This document shows positions 50,413 to 63,100 of a DNA stretch of 64,000 nt, one piece after another. Within the stretch, counting starts at the first letter, position 1. Each line of letters starts with the position of its first letter. Source of the stretch: Squalus acanthias (lineage: Eukaryota); assembly GCA_030390025.1 (NCBI GenBank), contig CM059432.1:101248001-101312000 (forward strand), written 5' to 3'. Below the pieces are notes generated by a model. That model was not told where the DNA came from. It did not search any database and was given only the letters and a program-made list of their open reading frames with translations. The translations under genes were made by a program, and so were the position numbers.

Positions 50413-50656
50413 TGATGCGGAGATGCCGGTGTTGGACTGGGGTGGACAAAATTGAGAGGTCGCACAACACCAGGTTATAGTCCAACAGTTTTATTTGAAA
50501 TCACAAGCTTTCGGAGCTATCGATTGCCCCTTCCTCAGGTGAAGTAAATTAGATATCTAATTTACTTCACCTGAGGAAGGGGCAATCGATAGCTCCGAAA
50601 GCTTGTGATTTCAAATAAAACTGTTGGACTATAACCTGGTGTTGTGCGACCTCTCA
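50413..50656 (-). mobile_element. Penelope-like inverted-pLTR insertion containing a perfect 210-bp palindrome (50450-50659)
   Basis: 12-bp TSD attagaaataca (50401-50412, 50657-50668); 105-bp arms with no mismatch or spacer; about 37-nt tail; same family as 47071-47278. Confidence 0.88.
50567..50608 (+). ncRNA. Minimal type I hammerhead ribozyme motif (mirror copy on minus strand, 50501-50542)
   Basis: Stem I tcac/gtga, core CTGAGGA, stem II ggggc/gctcc, GAAA, palindromic stem III AGCT, CUU triplet. Confidence 0.65.
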
Positions 50657-50758
50657 ATTAGAAATACAGCCAGCTGTGTCACTAGGAGAAGTACTATTGT
50701 GGGGATGTACCCACAAAAGACAATAGGATAAATAGAATAGGTAGGGTAAATACACATA

Positions 50759-52163
50759 GGCCCCAAAATAGCTGTCAAAGTAACAGTGAGGCTAATGACG
50801 CTCGCCATTATTTATGTGCAAATGCCACAGCAACTTCAGGCGAGGGAGATGCGCGATTAAAAGTGGAAATCGAGAAGTTACTGTCAGAGATGCACCGCAC
50901 CGCCATTAGCTTCGCGAAAATGGTATCTCGCTGTCTGACTCCCCATTCAAATCCATGGAGCGGCATGGAGCTACACTAATTGCACGGTAGATACGAACTA
51001 AACTCACCACTGAGAGTTAAGTCAAGTCATTTCCGTCTAAGTACCCTTTTAACGATGTGATAAGTGTTAATTACTGCCAGCCTGGCACTGAAACTTAATT
51101 ATTATAAATGTGGAATCTCATTCCTTCAGGTTTTAATTGTTGGAGAGTTTTTTTTTAATGTAAAAAATAAAAACTTTTTTATACTTTTTCTTTCTGTTTC
51201 TTTTCTCGCTCTCTCTCTTAATCCAATCTTTCTTTCCCTCTCTTTATTTCTCTTTCTGTACCTGATATGACAATGAATTCACCATTGTAAATTACACTTC
51301 TTTGTTCAGACCTTTTTTTAAATTTGTTTTATGGGATGTGGGCGTCGCTGGCAAGTCCAGCATTTATTGCCCATCCCTACTTGCCCTTGAGAAGGTGGTG
51401 GTGAGCCACCTTCTTGAACCGCTGCAGTCTGTGTGGTGAAGATACTCCCACAGTGCTGTTAGGTAGGGAGTTCCAGGATTTTGACCCAGCGACAATGAAG
51501 GATCGGCGATATACTTCTAAGTCAGGATGGTGTGTAACTTGGAGAGGAATTTGGAGGTGGTGGTGTTTCCATGCTTCTGCTGCCCTTGTCCTTCTATGTG
51601 GAAGAGGTCACAGGTTTGGGAGGTGCTGCCGAAGAAGCCTTGGCGAGTTGCTGCAGTGCATCTTGTAGATGGTACACACTGCAGCCACGGTACACCGGTG
51701 GTGGAGGGAGTGAATGCTTAAGGTGGTAGATGGGGTGCCAATCAAGCGGGCTGCTTTGTCCTGTATGGTGTTGAGTTTCTAGAGTGTTGTTGGAGCTGCA
51801 CTCATCCAGGCAAGTGGAGAGTATTCCATCACACTCCTTACTTGTGCCTTGTGGATGGTAGAAAGGCTTTGGGGAGTCAGGAGGTGAGACACTCGCCACA
51901 GAATACCTAGCCTCTGACCTGCTCTTGTTGCCACAGTATTTATGTTGCGCTGTTAATTTCAGAATCCTTCACTCTGATTGGTTAAGGAGATCCAGAGTTG
52001 CTTGCCCTGTTTACTCAGGTCCCAGATGCTCTGTAGAGGGCACAATGCCATTTCCATCTCCCACTTCCAGCAACTTTTAGGGCAAAATATTGTCAACATT
52101 AAATGGGCAAGTCTAACTAACGGTGGGCATTGTTCGTTGACCGGTTACAGGAATTTTTGGGCC
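50759..52163. mobile_element. MITE (inverted 907/52215 family) interrupted by a LINE fragment
   Basis: Termini ggccccaaaat / atttttgggcc; the sequence resumes after 51945 collinearly with the 18184 copy. Confidence 0.65.
51313..51945 (-). mobile_element. 3' fragment of the 29840-34286 LINE family
   Basis: Near-identical to 14748-15186 joined to 17587-17775, without the CR1 insertion. Confidence 0.88.
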
Positions 52164-52214
52164 ACAGTGTAAATAGGATATTTGCTTTGAAGTTTTGTTT
52201 CCTTCTAAGTGCAA

Positions 52215-52924
52215 GGGCCTAGAATTTTATGGAGTGGGGCATCACGCAGGGTGCTCCGTTAGTTAGACTTTTTCCCTCACCCTTCAGCCTGTATATTTTT
52301 TGTGTTGTAAATTGATTGAAGTATAATGGCAATGGAGCATCTGGGACCTTGGTGAATGACAGGACCAACAGTCTATCTCCTTAACCAATAAGATTTAAGG
52401 ATTGAGAAAGAAACAGAGGAATGATAGAGAAGAAAATTGGGTGAATTCGAGTCAAATCTGGTACATAAAGAGAAATAAAGAGAAGGAAAGAAAGATTGGA
52501 TTAGGAGAGAGAAAAAAAGACAGAAAGGAAAAGTAAGAAAAAAATTAAAAATCTAAAAACAATTTACTACCTGTTGGAATGAGACACCGCAGTTTCAATT
52601 GTTCCCTTTCTAGACTGAAGAGGTTGAGTGGCATTGCAGGAAAATAAATCTAGTCATTAAAAGTGTCCTTATGCTGTTAAGTACCAGACTAACTTTCTAA
52701 TTGGCAATTAAAATGCAAATACATCAATTTCTTGAAACTCATGGAAACGTTAAGGATGAACTTTTCACAAGGTTAAAGGTGGAGCGGTGCAAAAACTTCA
52801 ACAACTTGTGGTGATTCACAATTCACGGGGTATCTGTACCTCACCACAAGTTGCTGGACGATTTACACATTAATAATGGCGTGCACATTAAACTCGCCAT
52901 TATTTTCGTAGTAAATTCTGGCCC
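52215..52924. mobile_element. Non-autonomous TIR element (907 family)
   Basis: Termini gggcctagaatttt / aaattctggccc; collinear with 907-1539. Confidence 0.7.
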
Positions 52925-53280
52925 AATATTTCCTTTCAGTTAAATCTTTTAAGAAGAAGCTTCCACTATTATCTTTAAAGCAAATATAATCACAGCCACA
53001 ATAAGATAATGATCTAAAAATAGGATAAGGCCCATGAACGGGCACGGGCGCCCATGCCTGTTCGGCATGGTGCAGGCAGCATGCAACATTTGTGCTGCCT
53101 GCTCACTATAATGATTGTAGCGCTGATCGCAGTGCTATACGCACTGCTGATTGGCTTAGTGCTGAACAGGGAGGCCAATATTGGGTGCAGTCTTCTGGCC
53201 TAGTTTGGCCTAGGCTCTCTGCACTACTTAAAGGGGAGGTGCTTTGATGCATTAGCACCTCATTGTTATTGTGGAGAGCC

Positions 53281-54608
53281 ATGGCCCAACAGCCAAGAGA
53301 AGGGGCGAGGAGAGTTTCTGATGCGGCACTGGAGGCCTTGGTCCTGGAGGTTCAAAGATGCTGTCAGGTCCTCTGCCCGGAGGGGGGCAGGAGGCCTTCA
53401 AGGCAGTACAGCAGAAGGCTGTGGGAGGAGATCGCTGAAGCTGTCAATGTGACAAGTGTTGTCCCCAGGAACTGGATCCAATGCCGCAAAAAGATTAAAG
53501 AGCTTACATGAGTGGTCAAAGTGAGTGAATGCATCTTCAAATGCCATATCCCACCATCTGCACCACTAGCCTCACACACTGCTCAATGCACCACACCCCC
53601 ATCACTCACCTACCAACAATCTCTAGCAAGCACCACTCATACCACACATTCATAGCTTCACCCCACCCTCACACACTTACCACTGCTGCAAGTGTCACAC
53701 CCACATCTCACACCTTGCACACACAGCCAGCTATTCAAACATGACAGGCACATCACCCTAACACATTGCACCACACTCACTGACACATTTCCCTTTCTCT
53801 TGCGGGCAAAGGTCACTCATAACCACCAGGAGCAGCAGATGGGTGGAGCGGAAGCCCGTCTGCAGACCCTGACAGAGCTGGAGGAAGCAGTGCTAGAGAT
53901 CATTGGAGGGGCAAACACAGAGTCCGTGGCGAGCAGGGAAGTTGAAAGCATTGCTGAAGATGATGGTATACTCATACCTAATCCTTCTTCTCACATCCCA
54001 CTTTCCCCTCATCCCACAATCTCTTCTCACTTAAAAGCTGCTGATAGTGTAAGCATGGACATCTTGCTTTCACCCCCTCCCCTCACCATAACCCGACACT
54101 TGTGCCTTTCTCCTGTCAGATACCTAAGAAGTCCCACCAGCACAGCCAGTCCCCAAAATGATGGAGGAGGAGAGTGAAGGAGAAGACACACCATCACTGC
54201 AACTGACACGTACAGGCACCAGCTCAGAAAATGGAACTGCGCAAACTTTAAAGGATAGTATAGAGGCGGGATCTGCACGTGGTGAGTCAACGGGCATGAG
54301 TGGGTTGCAGCCAGGCCAGGGGAAAGGGTAGCTTGGGTGCAAGCTCCCCGGAGGGTGAGGTCACGCACGGGCTCTGCTGCACAGGACACAGATGATGATC
54401 TCAATGGGGTGGCCTTCAGAAGAAGGGAGATGGGCATGCACACAGAAATACTTGGTGCAATGGCAGGCCTGCCAGAGAGTCTCTTGTCAGCGTCAAGGAG
54501 CATGGAGGAGTCTGGCTCCAACAATGCACGGGGCTTTGCACGGAGCTTGAAGCCCATAATTTCCAGGATGGAAATGTTGGGCAACTCCATGAGAGACCTT
54601 GTTGACCT
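53281..54608 (+). pseudogene. Degenerate Harbinger Myb/SANT gene with the same three-exon layout
   Basis: MAQQPREGARRVSDAALEALV...LWEEIAEAVN...RNWIQCRKKIKELT*VVK|gtgagt; exon 2 AKVTHNHQEQQMGG...LTELEE; exon 3 EMGMHTEILGAMAGLPES; homologous to 6891-8708. Confidence 0.8.
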
Positions 54609-55605
54609 AAATGTGTTCACATTTTCATCATTGTACAGAAAGCGGAATAAAGATAGTGATATACACATGGGATTAAGGTAGAATCTGAAATATCATAAAC
54701 AAACTTTAAAAAAAATAAAAATTAATATTTATTATTTTAAAAATCATGCAATTTTCAAAGGTTCTTCTGAGGGAATGAGACTCCACACTTCTAAAGGTTG
54801 TTCAGCAGTAATTATGACTTAGTACACCATTAAAAACTCAGTTATACCTGATTTTACAAGACTTAAATTTTTCATTGATTTTTACAGTGATAAAAGTTGA
54901 AGTTCATGTCAATTCACTGATTCTGTGTTAATTGCATCTGCGAATACTGCAACAGTGCACCCTGTGGAGGAGCAGGGTATCACTGACAGCAACTTCAGGA
55001 TTTCCACGTTGAACTGCACATGTGCAGACACCAGAAGTTGCTGTCAGACAACCGCAAATTTCGGGCCAATATATCCCATGAGTAGGCTGATCTGAAAACT
55101 AATGAGTGACAAACTCGCAGGTGATAACAGCAGTTGATAACTAAATAATTAAAGTTAGGTACAAATAATTTGAAGTGGAATTATATTATAATAATAATTT
55201 TAAATGGAATTATATTGATGCATGATTTCCAGATTGGTACCAGTGGAAATATTTGAATTTTTATTTTTATAGTGCTAACTGTTCTCACCTGTAATGTAAA
55301 AAATAATATTTCTTGAACATGACATCATCTCTGTGACACATATACAAATCCAGTCCTACAAGAATGAAAGATAAAATATTCTTGAGTGTCAGGGGCTTAA
55401 GCAACATTTAACACTTTTAATTGTGCATTGTGGTGCTGGCTGTGTTTGTTTTTCTACTAAGTGACAGTAATTAATAAAGATTGCAGCATGAATAAACTTT
55501 GAGCAAAGATATATTGAAAGACAGAGGGGACCATTTTTTTTAAAGCAAGCATGTTTAAAAAAGCATTGTTGAACTTATTGACCTTGTTTATTTTAATTAC
55601 ATTAA

Positions 55606-56041
55606 AAGAAAAAGAAAGAAAGACTCGCATTTATATAGCGCCTTTCATGACCACCGGACGTCTCAAAGCATTTTACAGCCAATTAAGTACTATTTGAAGT
55701 GGAGTCACTGTTGTAATGTGGGAAACGTGGCAGCCAATTTGCGCACAGCAAGGTCCCACAAACAGCAATGCGATAATGATCAGATAATCTGTTTTTGTTA
55801 TGTTGGTTGAGGGATAAATATTGGCCAGGACACTGGGGATAACTCCCCTGCTCTTCTTCGAAATAGGGCCATGGGATCTTTTACGTCCACTTGAGAGAGC
55901 AGACGGGGCCTCGGTTAAACCTCTCATCTGAAAGACGGCACCTCCGACAGTGCAGCACTCCCTCAGCACTGCACTGGAGTGTCAGCCTAGATTTTTGTGC
56001 TCAAGTCCCTGAAGTGGGACTTGAACCCACAACCTTCTGAC
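55606..56041 (-). mobile_element. Deu-domain SINE
   Basis: Reverse complement of the 44211/60438 SINE. Confidence 0.88.
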
Positions 56042-56487
56042 TTACCTGGATTACCTGGATATATTTTTTTAAGAAGTGTTTATTTTGTTAAAACAAACAT
56101 CACTCCCTTCAGTTTGCACTTGGCTATCTGTCAGTCATTCTCCAACTGACCTGCTCCCAGACACCAAGGCTGCCAGATGTTACCAATGCTATTAGCAAAT
56201 TGCTTTAAGATTCCTCAGAGTGGATCCGAGGTGAAAGATACTATTTTGTCAGTAGGGACATATTATTGAATAATATCTATCTCATATGGAAAGTAGATAC
56301 ATTACAAAATATAGTTTATCCCACAGCTCACTTGCTGTAAGACCTACTATTGACCTATGATTAGTGAATCACTTTATGAAAAATAAGTTTTTGATACTGA
56401 AAGAACTATAGTTTCTTTAATTTGTCATTGTTTTATTAAACATGATGAATTTTGCTTCAATAGCTAATAAACGATGGACGAAGAACT

Positions 56488-58128
56488 TGTAGAATTCGCA
56501 AATTATCGTGACTTGAAAATAATGAGAAAGAGACATACAGTTTTGTAAAACGGCTTTATTTCAGCAAAATGCTGTCAGGTTTCAAAACGGACACAAGCAG
56601 CCTGTAAAATGGCCACCACGCCTCGTGGCAGAAGGTTCTAGACTTTCAGTAGGCAGACAAGATGGCGTTTCAATAAACATTTCAGCAAGATCGGACAGGA
56701 CTCAGCATATTGAGATAAGACAAGACGAGATCGTTTTGCATTTTAACACCCAAGCAAGGAATATAAGTGCTGGAATCGGGTTTTCCATGCACAAATGAGA
56801 GCTATTGTACTGGGCAATCAAGGGGCCCATCCAAAGACATTGATACGCAAATTCCCCACGGCTCTACGATGAGAGAGCCGTTCGCGGGTACTCACAGCAA
56901 GAATTCGGAGGCCCCCAAAACCCCTCCAGGGAGACTCCTAGCCGGTTCCACAAGGGGAGAAATATTAACGGGTACTCAGACAGTTACAAGTATCACCGAA
57001 ACCCATTAACGACAAGTACCACCCCATACAAGAAGTTTGAGCGCCAAAACATGACAAAAGATGAACATTAAGATTGGGCGGGAGATAAAGAATTACAGTA
57101 CTATAACTGTAGTAAACAAACATCCATCTTTCTCTTGACTCTCTTGATTCGATCCCTGGCTCTCGTTTGCGGCCCACCGAGCTCTTGGTCCGCTGATCTT
57201 CCGGGAGTCAACCTCGTGGCTTGCCGCGAAGATCTGTGAAGAGCTGGGCTGCGAAGGCCGGTAAGCGGGTGCACCATCCCGAGGGTCGGTAGACGGTGTA
57301 AGGACCCGAAGGCCCGACGAGACGAAACAAGACAAGAAGAAGAAGACGACTGCACGTGCCGCCGCGGTCAGTAAACCCCGACCGCGCCCGAACTATAAAG
57401 ACCATTTACAGGTTACCACACGAATTCTACCGCCAACTGGTGTCGGTCCAGAAAGACTCTTCTTTGAATTTGACCGGCTAACTGGTGTCGGGCACAGGAA
57501 GACTCTTCTTTGAGTTTTATCAGAGTTCCGAGGTCAACACAAATCTTCATGACAGCAGACGGTCCAGCCTGCTAGCCGGAGCAAAGCGAGTAAACAAGTG
57601 GGGTACAGAGACCCCTGATCCACACGTGAATAGTCAGGTGTTGTGGCGAAAACATCCGAGTAGCGTTTCGGAATTCTCCGAGTTATCACGAGTGGTGAGC
57701 ATGAGTCTCGATCCTACAGATCTAGATTAGGACAGGTGTTGATAGGGGAGGGTTTTTGTTTTAAGGATAATTATAATGTGTGTCCCCTTTTACGATGTGT
57801 CGTGCGCTCCTCGTTTCCCTAAACCTAGTTTCCTAAATGTATGTAAGCTTGTACTGTCATTAATCTGTGCTTATGACATGTATTTCGTAACCTTGAACAA
57901 TATGCAATAAAGATTTTCCATTTCGTACTATTCAACCGGGTCTACCTGAGTTTTCTCTGCATTATTGCTCTCGCACCTAAGTCCAGTGTCAGAACCGTAA
58001 GGGCGAGTGGGTCGTACCACTCACAGGTGTCTCGTGCTACCAGGCTGGCTGGAGACCAGAACAGGCAACGAGGCCTAACCCCGCACTAGCACCCAGGCTA
58101 AGCACAGAGCCACGCGAACCCCCTTACA
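56488..58128 (+). mobile_element. Solo LTR, 1641 bp
   Basis: TGTAG...TTACA termini with a perfect 4-bp TSD aact (56484-56487, 58129-58132); TATAAA 57394-57399; AATAAA 57906-57911; CpG-rich. Confidence 0.85.
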
Positions 58129-58764
58129 AACTTCAGCATAATTATAATCTTTGTGGTTACTTTTCAAAACCTTTTTGTTTAGGATTGGTAATTATTTTAC
58201 CTGTACACCATAATTCAACAATATTGTGCAAAAAATAATTGTTATGTATTTTTCAGCTTTTTTGACTTTTCATTGCAATCTATCTTTTTTAATTGGCTCC
58301 TTATGTTTCTTATTTGACGATCTATAGCAATTCTGTCCTTCCCTCTTCTAAATGAATAGGTAAGAAATCTCCAGAACGCAGTAATTGGATGAACACTGAA
58401 GTGGAATTAAAATAACATTTAGGTATATGGAGGTGGCAATCAGTATTGTCTACCCAGAGGGATGAGGGTTTAAATTGCAGTCCTAAATGATGCTCATTCT
58501 CACCTGTTGAAACTGGGTGGGTTTTCTCCGTTCTTAGCTAAGCCACTAGATGAAGCTTCATGCTTCATCTCAAGGTTTGTGTGTGTATGTGGGGCTGGAC
58601 AGGGGTACGAGAATGTGGAAACATTCAGATACAATGCTGCCAAGCAGAATGGCATCAGATTCCTGTGGTCTGATCATATCATATAATTGAAAGTAACCAT
58701 AAAGGAGCCTCCAACATCGACTCCTACTACAGCTGAAAGAGGAAGAGGGAGGGATGTGTTAGCT

Positions 58765-59010
58765 TGTTGAGGCTGCCGCGAAACACGAATGGAGGCTGAA
58801 TCCATATGTGGAAAACAAGAAGCTTTTATTCACTGCATGGCAAAACAAAATGTCTGAGAAAGCTGCTCCCAGAATCCTCTGGGTAAACTCCCAGAATTCT
58901 CTGGGTAAAACCTGAGGCCCCGCCCCCTTCTGCCTTAAAGGGAAGGGGCTGGAAATTTGTCCACAGACGGAAGAGTGGATTATGCCCGTTTTAGGTGGCG
59001 ATCCGCCACA
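58765..59010 (-). mobile_element. Short solo LTR, 246 bp
   Basis: TGT...ACA termini with a perfect TSD agct (58761-58764, 59011-59014); minus-strand AATAAA at 58825-58830; internal 22-bp tandem repeat. Confidence 0.75.
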
Positions 59011-60196
59011 AGCTATCAATTCCAATTTTCTGTTATTTGTTTCATTCAACACAGCAACAGCATTCTAGAAATGTAATTAACGCCAAGCCTCAGCATCTAA
59101 TCTATAGGAAGTTGAGGGATGGAGCAATCAGTATTTTGATAAAATAAAACTCATTTTTGGTCAGGACTTTTGACAGTTGACTGTTATTATATGTAAATAA
59201 AATAAATCAACATTTTTGTATTGCATTTAAATAAGTGATGTATCAAGCACTGGGCCTGAGGTTGAAGTTCCTTTTTTTATTCAACTAGTGACACAAAGTG
59301 CTGGGATTGAAGTGCAGTTTCATACAGCAGTTTGCCCATTGCTGTAATATGGCAAGTTTACTGAGTATATCACATGACTGACATGAGGTGAAATTATTGC
59401 ACACATCAGTAATACTGGTTGTGGGTTGGTAGCTTTTCCTGCCCGTCTACTGAACAGAACTGGTTTATGATTTATTTGTGTTTAGTCAGTAGGATATTGG
59501 AGTCAATAGGAACTGTTAATTTAACAGATGGTAGTTATTTGAGTCAATCATAATTTTTGTGCCCTGCAGACATTTTTGAGGTGCGATGCTTTGAAATATG
59601 ATGACTTTGAGAGAGGTGATATTAGACATATGCTAAATAAAAGGCTTCTCATTACATAGCTGGAAGAATGCTTATTTTTCTCTGGAATTAATCAGTAATG
59701 AAAATGCAGGAAAGCATGCTTTGAAACGTGCGGTTTCATAAAATGTGATTTCATGGAGGAATCATTAATTATGGAGAAATCAGACATTCGCTTGCTTTTC
59801 ATAAAGAGGAATTTTACTGCCTTGGTGTTTGACATCCTTTCCCTATTAGTGAATACACAATAAGCAATGATTATTTGTCAAACACCATGCATATCAGACA
59901 CTGTTACCATGAGACACTGCTTTATAACCACACAGTCTTTCCAATGGATTGCTTACTTTGCGGGTGAGATATGGAAAGTTTGAAAAAAAAATATTCTTTA
60001 TACCCTTCCATAATACGGGGCCAGAAATTTCACAGAGCCGCTCCCGCTCCGTTGGCGTTACTTTGCCGGATGTGTTGTAGAAACCCCACTTATCTGGCAC
60101 ACTTCCAGCAAAGTACTGCGGTCAGAGGGGGGCGAAATGGCGAGGAAGGTCATGGCCATACTGTTTATCAGAAATGTTTCGATGTATCCTTTTAAA

Positions 60197-60960
60197 TGTC
60201 AGCTGTGGCTCAGTGGGTAGCCTCTGAGTCAGAAGGTCGTGGGTTCAAGCCCCACTACAGAGACTTGAGCACATAATCCAGGCCGACGCTCCAGTTCAGT
60301 ACTGAGGGAGTGCTGCAGTGTCGGATGAGACGTTAAATCTAGGGCGCAACTGCCCTCTTAAGTAAAAGATTCCATGGGACTATTTTGAAGAAGAGCGGGG
60401 GAGTTCTCCCTGGTTCCTGGCCAATATTTATCCCTCAGAGTGCTGCAATGTTGGAGGTGCCGTCTTTTGGATGAGACGTTAAACCGAGGCCCCGTCTGCT
60501 CTCTCAGGTGGACGTAAAAGATCCCATGGCACTATTTCAAAGAAGAGCAGGGGAGTTATACCCGGTGTCCTGGCTAATATTTATCCCTCAATCAACATAA
60601 CAAAAACAGATTATCTGGTCATTATCACATTGCTGTTTGTGGGAGCTTGCTGAGCGCAAATTGGCTGCCGCGTTTCCCACATTACAACAGTGACTACACT
60701 CCAAAAAAAGTACTTAATTGGCTGTAAAGCGCTTTGAGACGTCCGGAGGTCGTGAAAGGCGCTATACAAATGTAAATCTTTCTTTCTTTACTAAAACAGA
60801 TTATCTGGTCATTATCATTTTACTGTCTGTGGGGAAATTGGTTGCCGTGTTTCCTACATTACAAGTGACTACACTTCAAAAGTACTTCAATGGTTGTAAA
60901 GCACTTTGGGACATCCTGATGTCATGAAAGGAGTAACAGAAATACCAGTCTTTCTTTTTT
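60197..60960 (+). mobile_element. Compound Deu-domain SINE (head plus core, second core plus tail, second tail)
   Basis: The core is repeated at about 60305-60437 and 60438-60590; the tail is repeated at about 60600-60790 and 60791-60960. Confidence 0.85.
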
Positions 60961-61631
60961 CATACATTTTCCACCCATTGTAATACTAAACAACTTCACT
61001 GTAACATTTTCTACTTCACTGTTAATACTACAGTCGGCTGAATGGATGTTCTCTATCTTTTCATTATTTTACTCTATGGGGAGGGTGGAGGGATAAATCA
61101 TCCTATTAGACTAAAATCTCAGCATTTAATTCACTCAACAGTCTAATAGTTATTAAATGTAAACTAACTGTACTTTGTAGAGACTACTGAAAATGGGGGT
61201 CTAAAATCAATCGTAGAAACAAACAATGCACTTATATGCTGCTGTCTGAAAGTAACAGAACATGAACGATGTATAAACATGTCAGAATAAAGGTAATCCA
61301 CCCACAGATGCTTTCTTCTATGAATGACAGCATGATGAGAAACAGACTCTGATCTCTCCACTCAGCAGCAGCAATTCTTGTGAGTTGGAACTTCAAGAAT
61401 AAAAGCTGCCTGTTGAATGCCACTGAAGAAGACAGAAAATATTATGAATGGAAAGAATTTTCAAATTCTCATTAGGGAAAGTGGCGAAGAACCTTTTGGT
61501 TTTGAAAATATCAATGACGAGAACTTGGGCACAAGATGTTGGGAAGAGAACTTTGCCTGACCAATCATCAATGAGTCTGGAATTTTATGGTGTCATTTTA
61601 ATCATCCACCAAGAGACCCTGTACCTGGAAA

Positions 61632-62027
61632 TAGAATTTTTAAAAATTCATTCACGGGATGTGGACGTCGCCGGCAAGGCCAGCATTTATTGCCCTCGAG
61701 AAGGTGGCGCCGCCTTCTTGAATACAACTGAATGGCTTGCTAGGGCATTTCAGCGGACAGTTAAGAGTCAACCACATTGCTGTGGGTAAGGGCAGCAGAT
61801 TTCCTTCCCTAAAGGATATTAGTGAAGCAGATGGGTTTTTACGACAATCCAGTAGTTTCATGGTCACCATTACTGATTACTAGCTTTTTTTAATTCCAGA
61901 TTTATTTAATTGAATTTAAATTCCCCAGCTGCTGTGGTGGTGGGATTTGAACTGATATCCCTTGGATCATTAGTCCAGGCCTCTTGGATTACTAGTCTAG
62001 TAACATAACCATGATGCTACCGTACCA
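61632..62027 (-). mobile_element. tRNA-headed SINE consisting of the 5' head and 3' tail of the 29840-34286 LINE
   Basis: Reverse complement matches 29840-30345, then jumps at cagttgta|ttcaagaagg to 34182-34286; flanked by tacctgg repeats. Confidence 0.85.
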
Positions 62028-62277
62028 TACCTGGTAAACTTCACAAGGAGCTAAATCTAAAGAAAACCCGAGAGCCAGTTCAGCCTGGCCTTGGTACCAA
62101 TGCAAAGCACGTTGCCATATAAGGTGGTCAATTTGATGCCGAACAGTGGAATTATATAACTTTTATGTCTCTATATTGGTAATGAAAGATGCAGTGGTCC
62201 AATAAAATAAAAAAACACAATAAAAATTGAATACCTCTTGAGAGTTATAGCTCATGTCATAGAGTCATAGAGTCATT

Positions 62278-63088
62278 GGGGCGCTATCTTCGCCGGGGCG
62301 CTGATTTTAAAAGTTAGCGCCTCCGCGGCCGATTTTCCCAGGTAGCGCCCCAAGAGGGAGGAGGGGCGCTACTGGAAGCGCCCCGCATCCCTCTAGGGGC
62401 GCTGCGAGCCAATATCGCAGCGCTACGTGCCGCAGTGCCATGCGCTGCGGCACGTCGCGCCGCAGTACTGCAGGCCTTCCTCCCCTTCCCCAATCACTCA
62501 CCTGCCAGCAATCTGCACCAATCACAAGGCACATCTCCCAATCCTAGCCTCACCTCAGCCCCTTGGAGGAGACGGTGTCGGCCATTCTTGGCAGGAGCAT
62601 GGCTGAGCTCCTGGCTAGCGGCGGGGCTGAAAGGATACAAGATGCTGGTAACCTCATTTGCTATCCTCCTTCTGGCATGCACCTCTTGTTTTCCCACCCT
62701 CCCCTCACCATAACTCCACCCTTGTGCCTTCCTCATTTCACACACCCAAGAAATGCAGCCTGCCCAGCCAGTGGTTGGCGAAGTAGAGGGATAGAAAAAG
62801 AACAAGAATAACAAGAAGAAGAACAAGAACAAGATCAAGAAGAAGAAGAAGAAGAGGAAGAGGAAGAGGAAGAAGAAACACCATCACTTGATTTCACACT
62901 CCCAGCCATCAGCTCCTCAAGGTCGACCAGCAAGGCCATCTGCAGTGTCCGTCACTGAAAGTCAGCAGCCTTCCACCAGCCGTGCGGCAGCCACTAGGGT
63001 AGCACCACGTGACATCAGTAGGATAGACAAAGGCACACACAAGACAGTCATTAAGAGAATGCAGAAGGGTGATGAGTTGATTTTTTGA
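62278..63088 (+). mobile_element. Harbinger remnant: terminal region plus pieces of Myb-gene exons 2-3
   Basis: TTAGCGCC-type subterminal motifs; LSPLEETVSAILGR...ERIQDA|gtaac; (GAA)n acidic tract; RPARPSAVSVTESQQPSTSRAAAT matches the ORF at 8223. Confidence 0.7.
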
Positions 63089-63100
63089 CGTCATATTGGA

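Noticed and set aside
50450..50659. miRNA precursor or CRISPR-like repeat
   Set aside because: A perfect loopless duplex bounded by a TSD with a sibling copy fits a mobile insertion; there is no repeat-spacer array.
56544..58128. Alternative LTR start at TGTAAAAC (56544)
   Set aside because: It gives no TSD, whereas the start at 56488 gives a perfect aact duplication.
60197..60260. tRNA genes at SINE heads (also 5960, 28958, 44211, 63500)
   Set aside because: A/B boxes are present but run directly into SINE bodies, with no complete cloverleaf.
61232..61440. Possible minus-strand host exon after a good acceptor (ttttctgtcttcttcag)
   Set aside because: No convincing donor and no recognisable peptide.
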